From Candidatus Bathyarchaeota archaeon (lineage in GTDB: Archaea; Thermoproteota; Bathyarchaeia; Bathyarchaeales; Bathycorpusculaceae): a DNA stretch of 64,000 nucleotides. Of the stretch, positions 62,912-64,000 are shown piece after piece. Within the stretch, counting starts at the first letter, position 1. Each line of letters starts with the position of its first letter. The DNA lies in contig CAWABA010000006.1 in NCBI GenBank assembly GCA_963780185.1, forward strand, positions 736,001 to 800,000. Direction: 5' to 3'. The position numbers were made by a program, and so were the translations under genes. A model generated the notes under the pieces. It worked only from the letters and a program-made list of their open reading frames with translations, was not told the DNA's origin and ran no database searches.

Positions 62912-64000
62912 TCAGGCAGGAACTTCAGAAGAAGCTTCCTCATCCTTCTTTATACCCAAATTTTTCATCATACCCAACCATTCTTTTTTGTCCACAAAAC
63001 CCTTCTGCAAGGCGCGGCTTTTCAGGCTTTTAGATTTTTTTTCGTATTCAAGGAACATTTCTGTGGTTTCGAAGCCGCCGACAAACAAGATTACATCGAT
63101 GCGGTCGCTTGCGTCGTCAACGTAGATGGGTTCAGCTACGTAGATTGATTTAAGGTTGGCTTTTCCCTTAAACCACGTTGCTGCTGCCAACTCGATTTTT
63201 GCTCTCGGAAGCTTCTCTCTCATGCTTGAAGGCATACGGACAAGAACATAGAGCAATGAAACAGTGGATAAGTCAAAGTTCAAAAGCGGCTTAAGCAGGG
63301 TTGCGTCTAAGATGTTTTCGACTGTGCCGTAGATTTTGAAGCTTGCCCCCGGAGCCAGCAGCACAGTGTACATTTTAGCGCCGAAGGTTCTTGATTGCTC
63401 CGATAACTCTTCAACAAGCGTGTCTTTTGAGAGGAACAGGTTGACCAAGTAGTTGGCGACCAAGTTGCCTTTTATGAGTGAGCCAACCCGGTCGACGCCT
63501 TCATATTTTTCCAGCATGTCTCGCTCAAAAAGCAGAAGCGTCGCGCCATCTTCGTCCGCGCAGATGCCCAGTGAAGCAAGCGCGTTGAAGAAGGCGTCTG
63601 AAGGCTGAATTTTCGAGGGCAACAATCGCGATAGAAAGCGAGTTAATGTTGGAAGCTTTGAATTGCGAAATCAAAGTGGGAAGTGAAGCGCTGCCGATGC
63701 CATCCCACACCGAAGCCACCATAATTGCGTTACGCATTTTTTCAGTAGGCTTCTTCTTTAAGCCATTCATCAACGTTTCATCCTGTGAAACATACGGCAA
63801 AACGTTGTACCAGAAGTGAGTCTCAATGTTTGCGTCTTCAAAACCTAAAACCAAATGCGGATTAAACCCCTCTGGAAGCCACGTGTAAACCTCATCGCTT
63901 GACTTAGCCAACAGAACCTGCAGAGTTAACCCAGATTTGTCAACGTAGGGCTGCTTTAGCAGCACCTTAATCGGGTATTCACCGATGTAAACCGTAGCTT
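62912..64000 (-). CDS. Degenerate FtsZ/tubulin-like protein; 5' end outside the window, frameshift near 63620
   Basis: VYIGEYPIKV (T1-like), MVASVWDGIGSASLP (T4-like), FFNALASL...TLLLFERD, LLKPLLNFDLSTVSLLYVLV, DRIDVILFVGG match FtsZ secondary-structure landmarks. Confidence 0.65.

Overview
Archaeal chromosomal window, most likely Bathyarchaeia (inferred from archaeal deoxyhypusine synthase, pantoate kinase, AbrB-PhoU regulator, tRNA-Gln with an A1-U72 pair, and many beta-propeller/NosD surface proteins). Many genes carry single-base frameshifts, which look like long-read assembly errors. Layout: (1) 1-5 kb, the edge of a decayed integrated element with a NACHT-pentapeptide-WD40 gene, a tRNA 3' remnant and copies of a conserved GGG(T/C)ACCCGATAGG core followed by three 13-bp-spaced repeats (third copy at 13.3 kb; two copies precede paralogous small RHH-like genes). 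(2) 5-24 kb, housekeeping genes: ABC exporters, radical SAM, GT2, DedA, DUF362 and the pstSCAB-phoU phosphate cluster. (3) 24.2-44.1 kb, an essentially complete extracellular contractile injection system (eCIS, Afp/PVC-like) with an inverted DUF4157-OmpA gene, a fibre-like gene ending in Ig-like domains, and a G/GT-type chaperone slippery site. (4) 44-59 kb, surface proteins, tRNA-Gln, dys, CoA genes and an RHH fused to an alpha-ribazole-kinase-like domain. (5) 59-64 kb, an unusual locus: a single-pass membrane protein, a ~890-aa tubulin/FtsZ-family GTPase with a long helical insertion, and a convergent motif-degenerate FtsZ-like gene. All family assignments are from motif recognition; no database search was run.
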